Shown piece by piece: positions 45,380 to 55,498 of a stretch of DNA of 64,000 nt. Position numbers and translations under genes: made by a program. How positions within the stretch are numbered: the stretch's first letter is position 1; the number at the start of each line of letters is the position of its first letter. Where the stretch lies: contig JAQWOJ010000024.1 in assembly GCA_029245905.1 (NCBI GenBank), positions 6,114 through 70,113 of the forward strand, in the 5' to 3' direction. This DNA is from Gammaproteobacteria bacterium. Its GTDB lineage: Bacteria; Pseudomonadota; Gammaproteobacteria; Pseudomonadales; Pseudohongiellaceae. The notes under the pieces were generated by a model. The model made no database searches. It saw only the letters and a program-made list of their open reading frames with translations, and was not told the origin of the DNA.

Positions 45380-46143
45380 GATGGCAGCATCAATTGCTCA
45401 AGGCGATCGGCTCGTTTCTTTGGCATCTCAACGATCTTCCTTACGTATTCGTGACTGGGATAATTCAATAACTCATTAGGAGTACCGATCTGGAGTATTT
45501 CCCCATTTTTCATGACTGCTATCCTGTCCGCCATAAGCAGAGCCTCAGTCATATCATGGGTAACCATAATAATAGTAAGATTTAATTGTTGGTGGATATT
45601 TCTCATTTCTTCTTGAAGATCAGCACGTGTAATAGGGTCAAGTGCCCCAAAAGGTTCATCCATGAGAATTACTTCGGGCTTGGCAGCGAGCGCGCGCGCA
45701 ACGCCAACTCGCTGTTGTTGGCCACCTGAAAGCTGAGAGGGATAACGGGAACCGTAAGATTCAATGGGTAGCCCAACCATTCTTAATGTTTCTTTACAGC
45801 AAGAGCGAATTCGATCCTCCTCCCAATTTAATAATTTAGGAACCGCAGAAACATTTTCCATAACCGTATAATGAGGAAAAAGACCTATTCCTTGGAATAC
45901 ATAGCCAATGTTACGGCGCAATTCTTCCTCGTTGCTCTCTTGTATATTCCTACCATTGACTCTAATTTCGCCCGAAGTAGGCTCCTCTAAACGATTAATC
46001 ATTTTCAATGTAGTTGTTTTACCACTCCCTGACTCCCCGATAAGCCCAAGAAATTCACCTTTCTTAGCGGTAAGGGAAACATTAGAGACTGCGACTACAG
46101 AATCATCATCGAATGATTTTTTTATATTTATCAATTCAATCAA
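45376..46143 (-). CDS. ABC transporter ATP-binding protein (osmolyte-type) without CBS domains
   Basis: 255 aa. It has Walker A (GESGSGKTT), the signature LSGGQQQRV and Walker B (ILMDEPFGALD). A 4-nt overlap joins it to the downstream permease gene. Confidence 0.9.
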   Translation of the reverse strand: MIELINIKKSFDDDSVVAVSNVSLTAKKGEFLGLIGESGSGKTTTLKMINRLEEPTSGEIRVNGRNIQESNEEELRRNIGYVFQGIGLFPHYTVMENVSAVPKLLNWEEDRIRSCCKETLRMVGLPIESYGSRYPSQLSGGQQQRVGVARALAAKPEVILMDEPFGALDPITRADLQEEMRNIHQQLNLTIIMVTHDMTEALLMADRIAVMKNGEILQIGTPNELLNYPSHEYVRKIVEMPKKRADRLEQLMLPS

Positions 46144-46309
46144 AAAAATTCCGATCTAGACGATAGCTAGATGAATAAAGTGGCACGAATGTCTGAACGG
46201 GTTAAAAATTTAATGCCAGCGAAAATACTAATTAAAATTACTAATAACAGAGTCGTAGGTGAAACTTCACGACTGCATAGCGTAGTTTAGAGAAGCCTCT
46301 ATCGAAATT

Positions 46310-47245
46310 TTAATCTCTACCTCCCGCTTCACGGCCCAATCGCAAGGCAGTGGCCGCGTTCGAATTTAATCCTCCGTCGGCCCCAACAGTAACAAAACTA
46401 AAACCTTGTTCTATCCGCTGCTCGACTGATCCTGCACCGGTAGTGATAGCGCATGGCACATCATTGTCTAGACAAGCCTGCAAAACTAGTTGAATGGCCT
46501 CTTCGACTTGGGGTGCCGCTGGACTAGTGTAACCCATTGAAGTGCTCAGATCTGACGGGCCAATAAAAATACCTCCAAGCCCAGGAACGTCAATAATCTC
46601 ATGAATATTCTCAACGCCTTCAGCCGACTCAATAAACATCATCGCCAGAAGTTCTCCTTGAGGATCTAAAGGCCAGACATCCGCCTTAGCATGATAATCA
46701 TTTATGCCCCAGTACCAAGCTGCATTGGACGGGTTACGACCACGAAGACCCTGTGGTTCATAATCAGGCACACCATTGTACTGTGGGTATCTCGTAGCCC
46801 TTACAGCCAGCTCAGCCTGTTCACGTGTGTGAATCGCAGGGAAGAAAATACCGAAGACACCCAAATCCAAGACTTGTTTCGCTTGAGCGATAAGTTCTTC
46901 GGCGCCACCCGCTGCAGGTATGCGTACAAAGGGAACCACATCGGGCTGTAAACTACCTTTTTCTAGAATCAAACGCTTGTTAGTCATACCCAATAAAAAC
47001 TCTCTCAAACGTTCTTCATCAAACGGCGCATGCTCCATGTCAATAAAAACGAAATCTAGGCCAGAGGTGGCCAATGATCTTGCGTTATTTAACGAGTAGT
47101 CAAATGACAAAATACCGAATGCAGGCTCATCATTCTCAAAAAGTTCAATGAGCTTATTTACTCGCTGACCCAAAGCAGCTCCGGCAAAACTTAAAAAGAG
47201 GAGCGACAGTAAAGAATTACATATAGTTTTTCCTGCAATCGTCAT
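46310..47245 (-). CDS. HpcH/HpaI-family aldolase-like protein with an N-terminal signal-peptide-like segment
   Basis: 311 aa. It has FVFIDMEHAP, VRIP, RATRYP...GLRG and ESAEGVENIHEIIDVPGLGGIFIGPSDLSTSMG. The N-terminus is MTIAGKTICNSLLSLLFLSFAGAALGQ, and there is no internal Met before the catalytic core. Confidence 0.75.
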   Translation of the reverse strand: MTIAGKTICNSLLSLLFLSFAGAALGQRVNKLIELFENDEPAFGILSFDYSLNNARSLATSGLDFVFIDMEHAPFDEERLREFLLGMTNKRLILEKGSLQPDVVPFVRIPAAGGAEELIAQAKQVLDLGVFGIFFPAIHTREQAELAVRATRYPQYNGVPDYEPQGLRGRNPSNAAWYWGINDYHAKADVWPLDPQGELLAMMFIESAEGVENIHEIIDVPGLGGIFIGPSDLSTSMGYTSPAAPQVEEAIQLVLQACLDNDVPCAITTGAGSVEQRIEQGFSFVTVGADGGLNSNAATALRLGREAGGRD

Positions 47246-47260
47246 CGATGCATCCCTTAA

Positions 47261-48382
47261 TTATGGTCCAACCCAAGGTGGCTCTATTAGCAATTCAGGA
47301 TCAGCGCCCGGCTTGGGTACAAATTTCTGCGAACGGCCATACTGATTATCGCCACCGATCATGTTTCCCTCTGGGTCAACGGTAAAAGTATGAACTTCAA
47401 TATAGCCATCAGGTAGCTCCAACGGCACCAACCATGTGTACTTTAAATTCCCCTCAAAGTCGAAATTCAAAAAGCGCAATGGTCCTAAATCGGTTATCCA
47501 AAAATCATTCTCATTAACGATAATGTCTAGAGGCAGAGTAAGGGGCGAGCCAATGGATCTTTCAAATTCTATTACTGCTGGATCGTTAGTTGTGCGGAAC
47601 AAATTAATTTCTCCTCCCGATCTATCGAGGACAAATACACGCCCTTCCGGGCCTACACCAATCGCATGAATCGTATTGAATTGTCCGGGCCCGTCACCAT
47701 AACCGCCAAACTCACCGAGATAGTTCATGTCATTATCCATAATCATGACACGATGGTTATCCAGCCCATCAGCAATTAATATCCTGCCATCCGGTAAGAA
47801 AGCTACATCCTGAGGACGCCCAAAGTGAGTCTCATCATCACCAGGAACCAATTTCTCACCGTATGTCGCTAAAACCTCTGAGCCATCATTAGAAATCACA
47901 TAAATTTGGTGGAAAGTTTCGTTCACCAGCCAAATACGCTTCTCAGGATCATAAGGGCTAATGCGAACCCGATGAGGACCCGGTCCTTCAGATCCCTCAC
48001 ACAAATAATCCAAGTGATCCCATACTTCAATGGGCTCGCCCTCTCCATTGACGACATAAAGGCAATTTTGCCAAGTTCGCCGGTTAGTTTCTCTCAAAAC
48101 GTTTATGCCAAATACACCCGCATAACCAGGAAAATCAGCTGGCACCGGGTGAGGTAAAACAGTCTCCCCACGTTGGGCAATAATAATTCTATCCGCAGAT
48201 TCAGCCCATACCCCGGAATTACCTCCAAATCCAAAGCCATCTTCTTGGAAAGGGACAGCCCAATGCCTGACTACATTATAAGGGCTTTCGCCGATTGTTC
48301 CCCGAGCGTTGCCCTGCGCAAAGATTTGAGCGGTTAAAAACAATGCCAGAGCAAAAATGACCGGCTTTAAAATATTTTGCAT
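47261..48382 (-). CDS. Secreted NHL-repeat six-bladed beta-propeller protein
   Basis: 373 aa with a signal peptide. It has NHL-type blades (PQDVAFLPDGRILIADGLDNHRVMIMD, IHAIGVGPEGRVFVLDRSGGEINLF). It lies 15 nt upstream of the aldolase-like gene on the same strand. Confidence 0.6.
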   Translation of the reverse strand: MQNILKPVIFALALFLTAQIFAQGNARGTIGESPYNVVRHWAVPFQEDGFGFGGNSGVWAESADRIIIAQRGETVLPHPVPADFPGYAGVFGINVLRETNRRTWQNCLYVVNGEGEPIEVWDHLDYLCEGSEGPGPHRVRISPYDPEKRIWLVNETFHQIYVISNDGSEVLATYGEKLVPGDDETHFGRPQDVAFLPDGRILIADGLDNHRVMIMDNDMNYLGEFGGYGDGPGQFNTIHAIGVGPEGRVFVLDRSGGEINLFRTTNDPAVIEFERSIGSPLTLPLDIIVNENDFWITDLGPLRFLNFDFEGNLKYTWLVPLELPDGYIEVHTFTVDPEGNMIGGDNQYGRSQKFVPKPGADPELLIEPPWVGP

Positions 48383-48678
48383 GGTTTAACGACCTCTATG
48401 TATAAGCCCGAAGGCATCCTACCTCAAAGGTATCACATCTGCTCTTCATGACAAACAAATGGGCAAACGTTACAGTTTTCCGGTTAAATCACAAAATGTC
48501 GCAAAATACCGACTTATGAAGAGTGTTAATGTATTACTCGAATTGGCTCATAATCTTTGAATATTATGCTAACATTTAGTAGCACTTTTAAAATTTCCAG
48601 CAATTTCAAAAAAAATTGATCGGCACGCTGAAACATCGAGTTAAACCACAAGTTATCGAAGAGCAAAAGAGAAGAACA

Positions 48679-49683
48679 ATGAATATTAAAGCTGCTTTTT
48701 CACTCATACTATCCCTAGTCGCTAGCTCAAGCATAGCGCAAAATTATGAAGTACCTCGAACCGAGTGGGGAGCTCCAGATCTGCAAGCTGTTTGGAAGCA
48801 CAGCTCAATAATTCCTTTTAAAAGGCCCAGAGAACTGGGAGACAAGCGTTTCTATACTGAAGAAGAAGCGCTAGAAATTGAGCAAGCAGAGCAACAACGC
48901 TTCGACGATGATAATGAGCCGTTGGATCCAAATCGGCCTCCTCCAGTGGCTACTGAATCTCTTCCGCCTATTGGAAACTATGACCTATTTTGGCGCGAAG
49001 ACGCGCAATTCATTCCAACAATTGATGGCGAAATGAGGACATCAGCGATAACCGACCCAGCAAATGGGCGAATGCCGGAGGTCCTTCCGGGTGTGATGAA
49101 TCGATTACAAGAGCTACGCGCAAACACACCGGACCGCAATGATGGACCGGAAGGCCGAGGACTGGGAGAAAGGTGCTTAGTAGGTTTTGGCCCGACATCA
49201 GGCCCTGTGATGATGCCTGTAATCTACAATAGCAACCATCAAATCGTTCAATCGCCTGGATACGTTACTATCGTAACTGAGATGGTACATGATGCTAGAA
49301 TCATTAAAATTGTCAACGAACGGAATCCCGCGGCAGAGTCGCAAAAAAAATGGCTAGGAGACTCTATCGGACGCTGGGAAGGAGACACCTTAATTGTCGA
49401 AACTAAACACTTTAATGATTGGCACAAGCTAAGAGGATACCCTGTCGATAATTTAACGTTGACAGAGACATTCCGGCGCGAAGCGGACAATAAATTAATT
49501 TACGGATTTAAAGTAAATGATCCAAGTATTTTCCAGTCAGAATTTTCCGGCGAATTCCCACTTTCGCGTTTAGATGGCAACCTATACGAATATGCCTGTC
49601 ATGAGGGAAACCATGGCATGGTCGGTATTTTAGCAGGCGCTCGCGCTGTCGAAAAAATGCAAAGTGATGAAAGTGGGCGCTAA
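48679..49683 (+). CDS. Secreted hypothetical protein
   Basis: ORF 48616-49683. The preferred start is the ATG at 48679 (MNIKAAFSLILSLVASSSIAQ). I recognise no catalytic family. A distinctive C-terminal YEYACHEGNHGM segment is present. Confidence 0.5.
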   Translation: MNIKAAFSLILSLVASSSIAQNYEVPRTEWGAPDLQAVWKHSSIIPFKRPRELGDKRFYTEEEALEIEQAEQQRFDDDNEPLDPNRPPPVATESLPPIGNYDLFWREDAQFIPTIDGEMRTSAITDPANGRMPEVLPGVMNRLQELRANTPDRNDGPEGRGLGERCLVGFGPTSGPVMMPVIYNSNHQIVQSPGYVTIVTEMVHDARIIKIVNERNPAAESQKKWLGDSIGRWEGDTLIVETKHFNDWHKLRGYPVDNLTLTETFRREADNKLIYGFKVNDPSIFQSEFSGEFPLSRLDGNLYEYACHEGNHGMVGILAGARAVEKMQSDESGR

Positions 49684-49726
49684 AACAGTCCAGAATAATT
49701 GAGCTTTTTAAAGATTTATTCATGGA

Positions 49727-51910
49727 TTAAATTGATTCGCTTTTCTTTTGTAGACGCCCGCCATGCAATATTGGTTCAGTGTAGCCACTAGGCTGGCTTA
49801 AACCATCGTAAATTAAGTCACACGCAGCCTTAAAAGCAGCCGAACTGGCAAGATCATCAGTCATAGCTTTATAGAGCGGGTCTTCTTTATTTTGCGCATC
49901 AACCACTCCCGCCATCCGCTCCATAGTCTCGCGTACTTGCTCTTCAGAACAAATTCCGTGATGTAACCAATTAGCAATATGCTGACTGGAAATCCTAAGT
50001 GTCGCCCTGTCTTCCATTAAACCGACGTTATTTATGTCCGGAACCTTAGAGCACCCAATACCCTGATCGATCCAACGAACAACATACCCAAGAATTCCTT
50101 GGGCATTATTGTCTAACTCATTTTGTATCTCATGCTCAGCTAGGCTATTCGAATCCTCCAGTAGTGGAATCCTGAGGATTTCATCAATTTCTGCACATGG
50201 TCTAGTTTTTATTTCATCCTGACGACCAAATACGTGCAACTGGTGATAATGTAAAGCGTGCAAAACAGCAGCTGTTGGTGATGGGACCCAAGCGGTATTT
50301 GCGCCCGCTGTCGGATGGCCAATTTTTTGTTCCACCATCGCAGCCATTAGATCAGGCATCGCCCACATGCCCTTACCAATTTGCGCTTTGCCTTTAAGCC
50401 CACACGCAAGTCCGATGTCTACATTCCTGTCCTCGTAGGCAGCAATCCAGGCTGACTCTTTCATTTTAGTTTTAGGAATCATTGGGCCAGCTTCCATACT
50501 GGTATGAATTTCGTCTCCTGTTCGGTCTAAAAATCCTGTGTTAATAAACATGACTCGGTCACTGGCAGCCCGAATGCATGCTTTTAAGTTAAGTGTCGTT
50601 CTTCTCTCCTCATCCATTATTCCAACTTTAATGGTGTTTCTAGCCAAGCCCAAGAGATTCTCAACGGCAGCAAAAAGATCACACGTAAACGCCACTTCTT
50701 TCGGCCCGTGCATTTTTGGTTTGACAATATACACGCTACCAGCTCGAGAGTTAGTAAGTCGATTTTTATGTTCTATATCAAGAACGGCAGCTGCACTAGT
50801 AATCACAGCGTCCATTATACCCTCAAAGACATCGTCTCCATTACTATCCGCAATGGCATTGTTTCTCATCAAGTGACCAACGTTTCTCACAAGCAACATG
50901 CTTCGGCCTGGCAAGGTAAAAACTTCTCCGGTCGGTGACGTGAATTCTCTGTCCTCTCGAAGATTACGAGTTACCTGCGCCCCTCCTTTCAGAAACGTAT
51001 CGCTTAGATCACCGTTTATAAGTCCTAACCAGTTTCTGTAAATTTCGACCTTGTCCGATCCGTCCACCGCTGCGACAGAGTCCTCACAGTCTTGAATAGT
51101 AGTTATCGCTGACTCTAAAACTAAATCTTTGACGCCTGCCAGATCGCTAGAGCCTATCTCTGAGTTTTGATCTATTTGTATATCGATATGCAAATCATTA
51201 TTTGATAGCAGTACATTGGACGGCTGTGCCGTGTCACCAACATAACCCTTTAACGCGGACGCGTTTACTAACCCACTAGTACGTTCGCCTAATCGCGCCT
51301 TTAAAATACCATTCTCGATTTGATAGGCTGTCACCTCTTTATGCGACCCCTCCAATAACGGACAACTGTGGTCGAGAAAGTCTTTTGCAAACTCAATTAC
51401 TTTATCGCCGCGGAGCGGGTTGTACCCGCCCGATCTCTCGCATCCGCCTTCCTCAGATATAGCATCTGTACCGTAAAGAGCATCATACAAACTACCCCAT
51501 CTCGCGTTAGCGGCATTAAGCGCAAACCTAGCGTTCTTCACGGGGACCACTAACTGCGGACCAGCCTGTTTTGCGATTTCTGTATCAACGTTAGTTGTCG
51601 AGATTTCAAAATCACCGCCTTCGTCTTCAAGATAGCCTATATCAATTAAGAACTGCTTGTACTCTGCCGCATTATGCTTTTCAGCGCGACGCTCACGATG
51701 CCAGTTATCAATCTTTTCTTGCAGCTGCTCCCGCTCTACAAGTAATTTAGAATTCCGAGGTGAAAATTCAAAAATAATTTCCTCAAACCCAGACCAAAAT
51801 TCAGCCTCGTCTCTGCTAATTTTTGTTAGAAGTTCCCGATTAACGAAGTCAGCAAGTTCCGCATCAACCTGAAGGTTTCCAATCTTTATAACGTTAGTCA
51901 TATTTCCCAT
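49727..51910 (-). CDS. glcB: Malate synthase G
   Basis: 727 aa. It has long colinear matches to GlcB hallmarks: [55 protein letters not shown] and [18 protein letters not shown]. Confidence 0.9.
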   Translation of the reverse strand: MGNMTNVIKIGNLQVDAELADFVNRELLTKISRDEAEFWSGFEEIIFEFSPRNSKLLVEREQLQEKIDNWHRERRAEKHNAAEYKQFLIDIGYLEDEGGDFEISTTNVDTEIAKQAGPQLVVPVKNARFALNAANARWGSLYDALYGTDAISEEGGCERSGGYNPLRGDKVIEFAKDFLDHSCPLLEGSHKEVTAYQIENGILKARLGERTSGLVNASALKGYVGDTAQPSNVLLSNNDLHIDIQIDQNSEIGSSDLAGVKDLVLESAITTIQDCEDSVAAVDGSDKVEIYRNWLGLINGDLSDTFLKGGAQVTRNLREDREFTSPTGEVFTLPGRSMLLVRNVGHLMRNNAIADSNGDDVFEGIMDAVITSAAAVLDIEHKNRLTNSRAGSVYIVKPKMHGPKEVAFTCDLFAAVENLLGLARNTIKVGIMDEERRTTLNLKACIRAASDRVMFINTGFLDRTGDEIHTSMEAGPMIPKTKMKESAWIAAYEDRNVDIGLACGLKGKAQIGKGMWAMPDLMAAMVEQKIGHPTAGANTAWVPSPTAAVLHALHYHQLHVFGRQDEIKTRPCAEIDEILRIPLLEDSNSLAEHEIQNELDNNAQGILGYVVRWIDQGIGCSKVPDINNVGLMEDRATLRISSQHIANWLHHGICSEEQVRETMERMAGVVDAQNKEDPLYKAMTDDLASSAAFKAACDLIYDGLSQPSGYTEPILHGGRLQKKSESI

Positions 51911-51993
51911 TTCTCTTATTGTAAATAGCTCAGCTTTGTAGTTAGGCTCAAAAAACGATTTAGCTTAAAAATTAATAATGAATCGCTGGAATT

Positions 51994-53295
51994 TTAGTCA
52001 TTTACCCTGAGGTTAAGCTCAGCAGTAAACAGCATGGACCTATCTTTATCTATGCTTGCCCAGCTGAGCAAAGTATTAGCATTTTGCATAACACGTTCCT
52101 GATGAATTTTTTCTCCATTTACAGTCACACCAACCGGCAAGGCAAAATTCACCTCATCAGGATTCAAAAGAAGTGTAAATGCTGATACGCCTCTCGCAAT
52201 AACGTCAAAATCGTTTCCTTCACGCGTTACTTCTATAAGTCCTGGACTCTGAGACAACTCATCAACTTGAACCCATAAGTTTCTGTTAAATTTATCGGTC
52301 CGGTCAGCTACCCATTTCACAGATTCTGGCAAAGGGTCACGTGGGTTTTTTTGTTTAAATTCTTCTATGAATGGCATTTCTTGCGACAACCAACTTGTAT
52401 CGTGTCCCCCGTCTGGGATCACCTTCCATATGTGATTTACACCAACATCTACCAATATATCAATAAATGGCGCTACTGAAGAGGAAGGATATAACCTGTC
52501 ATTTTCACCGTTTACGATATACAAGGGTTTTGACATTAGGTTTTCGAAGTAAAGCTTATATCCACCGCCACTTTGTGGATTTCGCAATACCCCCGGGTGA
52601 CCGATATAAGGCAGAAAAGCAGCCCAAGCGGTTGGCTGCTTAAACGCGAAAAAATAAGCACCGGTCCCCCCATCAGAAATACCAGTCAAAGTGACTCGAT
52701 CTTCATCAAGATTATAACTTCCTTTTAATATGTTAAGAATTAGTGGTAAGTTTTCTGCTTGGTTTTCATGCCACCAGAATGCATCATTCCATGACGCCGG
52801 AACGACGACGATTCGATCCTCCCGCTTTAAAGAGTCAAATCCTCGACGCCACCATGCTCCACCAGGCTCCCACTCTGGCCGACTTACACCACCATGTAAT
52901 AAAAATTCAACAGGATACTTATGCCCAGGATCATACCCTTCCGGAATCAAGAAGACGTAGGGGAAGCGAGTGCCATCATCTGCGATTCGCACTCGCTCTT
53001 GCTGTCCTTTAGGAACATCTGAAGAATATTCCGGCCCTTTTTCTAATAATTCATAAAGTGCTTGTACAGTCGGTTCAGCTTCCCTTAAGGACTCAAATAA
53101 ACCTCTCGAGCCTTCGGGGGACGCAGACCAAAAAGAAGCAATCAATCCCTTTTTTACATTACCAAAATCGTTCTGCGGGTATGCGGGCTGTGCTGCAACA
53201 CCAAATAGAACCAACAACGAAATGAACGAACTGAGAAATAATGATTTCCCCACTAGATTTAAATCCTTGGATTGAGTTTCTGTGGTACCGAGCAT
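51994..53295 (-). CDS. Secreted alpha/beta hydrolase (esterase/peptidase S9-like)
   Basis: 433 aa with a signal peptide. It has the nucleophile elbow LTGISDGGTGAYF, preceded by an HGG-type oxyanion segment (FLLHGG). Confidence 0.6.
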   Translation of the reverse strand: MLGTTETQSKDLNLVGKSLFLSSFISLLVLFGVAAQPAYPQNDFGNVKKGLIASFWSASPEGSRGLFESLREAEPTVQALYELLEKGPEYSSDVPKGQQERVRIADDGTRFPYVFLIPEGYDPGHKYPVEFLLHGGVSRPEWEPGGAWWRRGFDSLKREDRIVVVPASWNDAFWWHENQAENLPLILNILKGSYNLDEDRVTLTGISDGGTGAYFFAFKQPTAWAAFLPYIGHPGVLRNPQSGGGYKLYFENLMSKPLYIVNGENDRLYPSSSVAPFIDILVDVGVNHIWKVIPDGGHDTSWLSQEMPFIEEFKQKNPRDPLPESVKWVADRTDKFNRNLWVQVDELSQSPGLIEVTREGNDFDVIARGVSAFTLLLNPDEVNFALPVGVTVNGEKIHQERVMQNANTLLSWASIDKDRSMLFTAELNLRVND

Positions 53296-53457
53296 ATGTG
53301 CCTCGCTGACTAATGTCTATCCGAGAATTAACCTATCTTTAAGTTAAGAGTATTGACTCTTATGCGTTCCTATTGGAGCATTGATGCTGACTATAGTCGC
53401 TCGATAAGCTTTTTCATCATCAAAGCAAAAGGTTAAACATAAGGGTGACACAAGGTT

Positions 53458-54216
53458 GTGCCAATGACACAAAAATGTAGCACAGACAGAAGTAAGATTT
53501 TACCAACAGTCGTTTCAATCGCGATTGTCAGCGCCGTGCTCTCATTACAGGCAGTTGGTCAGACGATTTCTGACAAACTCCCAGTGCTGGATTTAAATAA
53601 GCCAATTCGGATGAATTTTTCTGGAAACTGGGAAAAAGACTTTGCTCGGAGCGACAAATGGGAAGATGAATTGAACAGGCGGATGACTATCCGCCAGGGA
53701 AATGCGGCTCTGCAAAGGTCAGGAATCGGTTTGCGTGGAGGACCGTCCATTTCTCTAGGCAATATTAGCCTTAATAAACCAAGACGTCGCCAAGCTAATT
53801 TGCTCGATCTAGCTAGACTTTCAGAATACATGAACCGTTTTTCGACTGTCGAAATTTTTCAAGATCGTAATGAGATTCGTGTCGAGCGAAAAGGCGAAGC
53901 TCCGCTCATTTGTTCCATGGAAACAGGACCTACAAAAGTTTTTTCGAGTCAACATGGCGCGGAAATCTGCGGATGGGATCGCCAGCAGCTCTTTTTCGAG
54001 ATAGCCCTTCCAGATGGTCTTTATGTTATCCAGCGTTTAAGTGTCTCGTCAGATAGCCAAAATCTTCGTTTTATCACTAGCGTGAGTAGCAATGGTTCGG
54101 CCCCTTTTAACTTAACTCAGGTATTCAACAAATACCAAGCGCCTATAGATGAATACAATTGTGTTCAGACTATAACTCGGGGAAGATCCTGCAGTCTGCG
54201 AATCCCGTTAAATTAA
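53458..54216 (+). CDS. Secreted hypothetical protein
   Basis: 252 aa with a GTG start at 53458 or an ATG at 53464. It has a signal or anchor segment (VVSIAIVSAVLSLQAVGQ). I recognise no family. Confidence 0.45.
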   Translation: MPMTQKCSTDRSKILPTVVSIAIVSAVLSLQAVGQTISDKLPVLDLNKPIRMNFSGNWEKDFARSDKWEDELNRRMTIRQGNAALQRSGIGLRGGPSISLGNISLNKPRRRQANLLDLARLSEYMNRFSTVEIFQDRNEIRVERKGEAPLICSMETGPTKVFSSQHGAEICGWDRQQLFFEIALPDGLYVIQRLSVSSDSQNLRFITSVSSNGSAPFNLTQVFNKYQAPIDEYNCVQTITRGRSCSLRIPLN

Positions 54217-54222
54217 TAGCCG

Positions 54223-55398
54223 ATGAGTTTATATAAACCCATTCAATATACAACCTTCATAATCTTGATAACTCTCGGTGCCTGCTCACAAACCCGCTTA
54301 CCGACCGTCGAGATCGAACCGGTGCGACCCTCTGTCGGCGACGTCAAGCTAAATCATGTTTCCCAACCTCCTCGTAGCAGTTTACAGATTGATGTGGCAA
54401 TAAATGTATTTGACGTAAGAGTCGATGAAAGCGAAGCATTAGAATTCGGCGAATGGATTTTTACGGAGATACGAGACAACGAAAGCCACTATCTACCTTA
54501 CGTTTTGCGCAACACCCTGTTGGAATCTAACCAATGGGGGGCCGTACGTGTCCTTCCCTCCAACGATCCATCAGTGGATCTTCAAATTAAAGGCTCAGTT
54601 CTGGCTTCCGATGGCAAACAGATTGTGCTTCACGTTATCGCTACTGACAGCGCCGGGCGAGTTTGGTTGAATCAGGAATACGCTGATATCGCAATTGAAT
54701 CGGATTTCCCTGCGGACACCCGATATTCTCGGGGAAGTCCTTTTGACAGCACTACATTTGTCGAACCGTTCCAAGATATTTATAACCAAATCAGTAATAG
54801 CTTAGTGGAATTTCGCCAAAATCTAACAGAACAGCAAATCATAAATTTAAAACGAATTTCTCAAATGGTTTACGCTACCGATTTGGCTCCCGAATCTTTT
54901 CAGCGAAACTTGATCAAAGACGAAGAGAGTCAGTTACTCTCACTAGTTTCTTTGCCTGCAAAAGAAGACCCCATGGTTGAAAGAGTCAACGCTATGCGGG
55001 TAAGACATCATCTATTTATAGACACCGTAGATGAATATTACGCATCGCTTTTCGAAAAGATGCAACCTGCTTACGTCCTGTGGCGGAAATATTCTTTTGA
55101 ACGAATCAATGAAGAACTAGATGCCCGCTCGACACCCTACGATTATCAAGATTATGGTCGGTCGGGTCGTTATCTCACTCTCACTCAGCGCTATGACCGT
55201 TATCGCTGGAGCAAAATATTCGAGATGGAGTACCAAGATATCTCTGCAGGATTTAACGACGAAGTTGCTCCGGCAATCTTAACGCTCAATGAGGAGGTGC
55301 ACGGACTAAGCGGAACCATGGAAGAGCAGTATATACAATGGCGAAGAATTCTTCGGCAACTCTTTGAGTTAGAGGCACAAACTCCTGAACAGATATAA
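54223..55398 (+). CDS. Hypothetical lipoprotein
   Basis: 391 aa starting 6 nt after the previous gene. It has a lipobox (LGACS). I recognise no family. Confidence 0.45.
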   Translation: MSLYKPIQYTTFIILITLGACSQTRLPTVEIEPVRPSVGDVKLNHVSQPPRSSLQIDVAINVFDVRVDESEALEFGEWIFTEIRDNESHYLPYVLRNTLLESNQWGAVRVLPSNDPSVDLQIKGSVLASDGKQIVLHVIATDSAGRVWLNQEYADIAIESDFPADTRYSRGSPFDSTTFVEPFQDIYNQISNSLVEFRQNLTEQQIINLKRISQMVYATDLAPESFQRNLIKDEESQLLSLVSLPAKEDPMVERVNAMRVRHHLFIDTVDEYYASLFEKMQPAYVLWRKYSFERINEELDARSTPYDYQDYGRSGRYLTLTQRYDRYRWSKIFEMEYQDISAGFNDEVAPAILTLNEEVHGLSGTMEEQYIQWRRILRQLFELEAQTPEQI

Positions 55399-55498
55399 CT
55401 AAAGATTATGGCGGAATTATAAAAGATCAATTCGCTTGCAATCTAGCATACCGTCTGAGAAATTTAAGTAAACCGAACACTTGCATGCCAGGTAATAC

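Noticed and set aside
46144-46309. An imperfect hairpin (AGTCGTGA-AGTT-TCAC-CT-ACGACT on the minus strand) follows the aldolase-like gene and could be a terminator.
   Set aside because: The stem is interrupted and no T run follows. It is too weak to annotate.
8136-48382. I considered pairing the PHM-like monooxygenase (8136-9824) with the NHL propeller at 47261-48382 as a split bacterial analogue of bifunctional PAM (PHM plus PAL).
   Set aside because: The genes are about 37 kb apart and on unrelated transcription units. NHL repeats are generic, and I could not identify PAL-specific Zn or Tyr/Arg catalytic residues by eye.
49727-51910. I considered malate synthase G as part of a local glyoxylate-shunt or glycolate operon.
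   Set aside because: No isocitrate lyase, glycolate oxidase or regulator gene is adjacent. It appears to be a stand-alone housekeeping gene.
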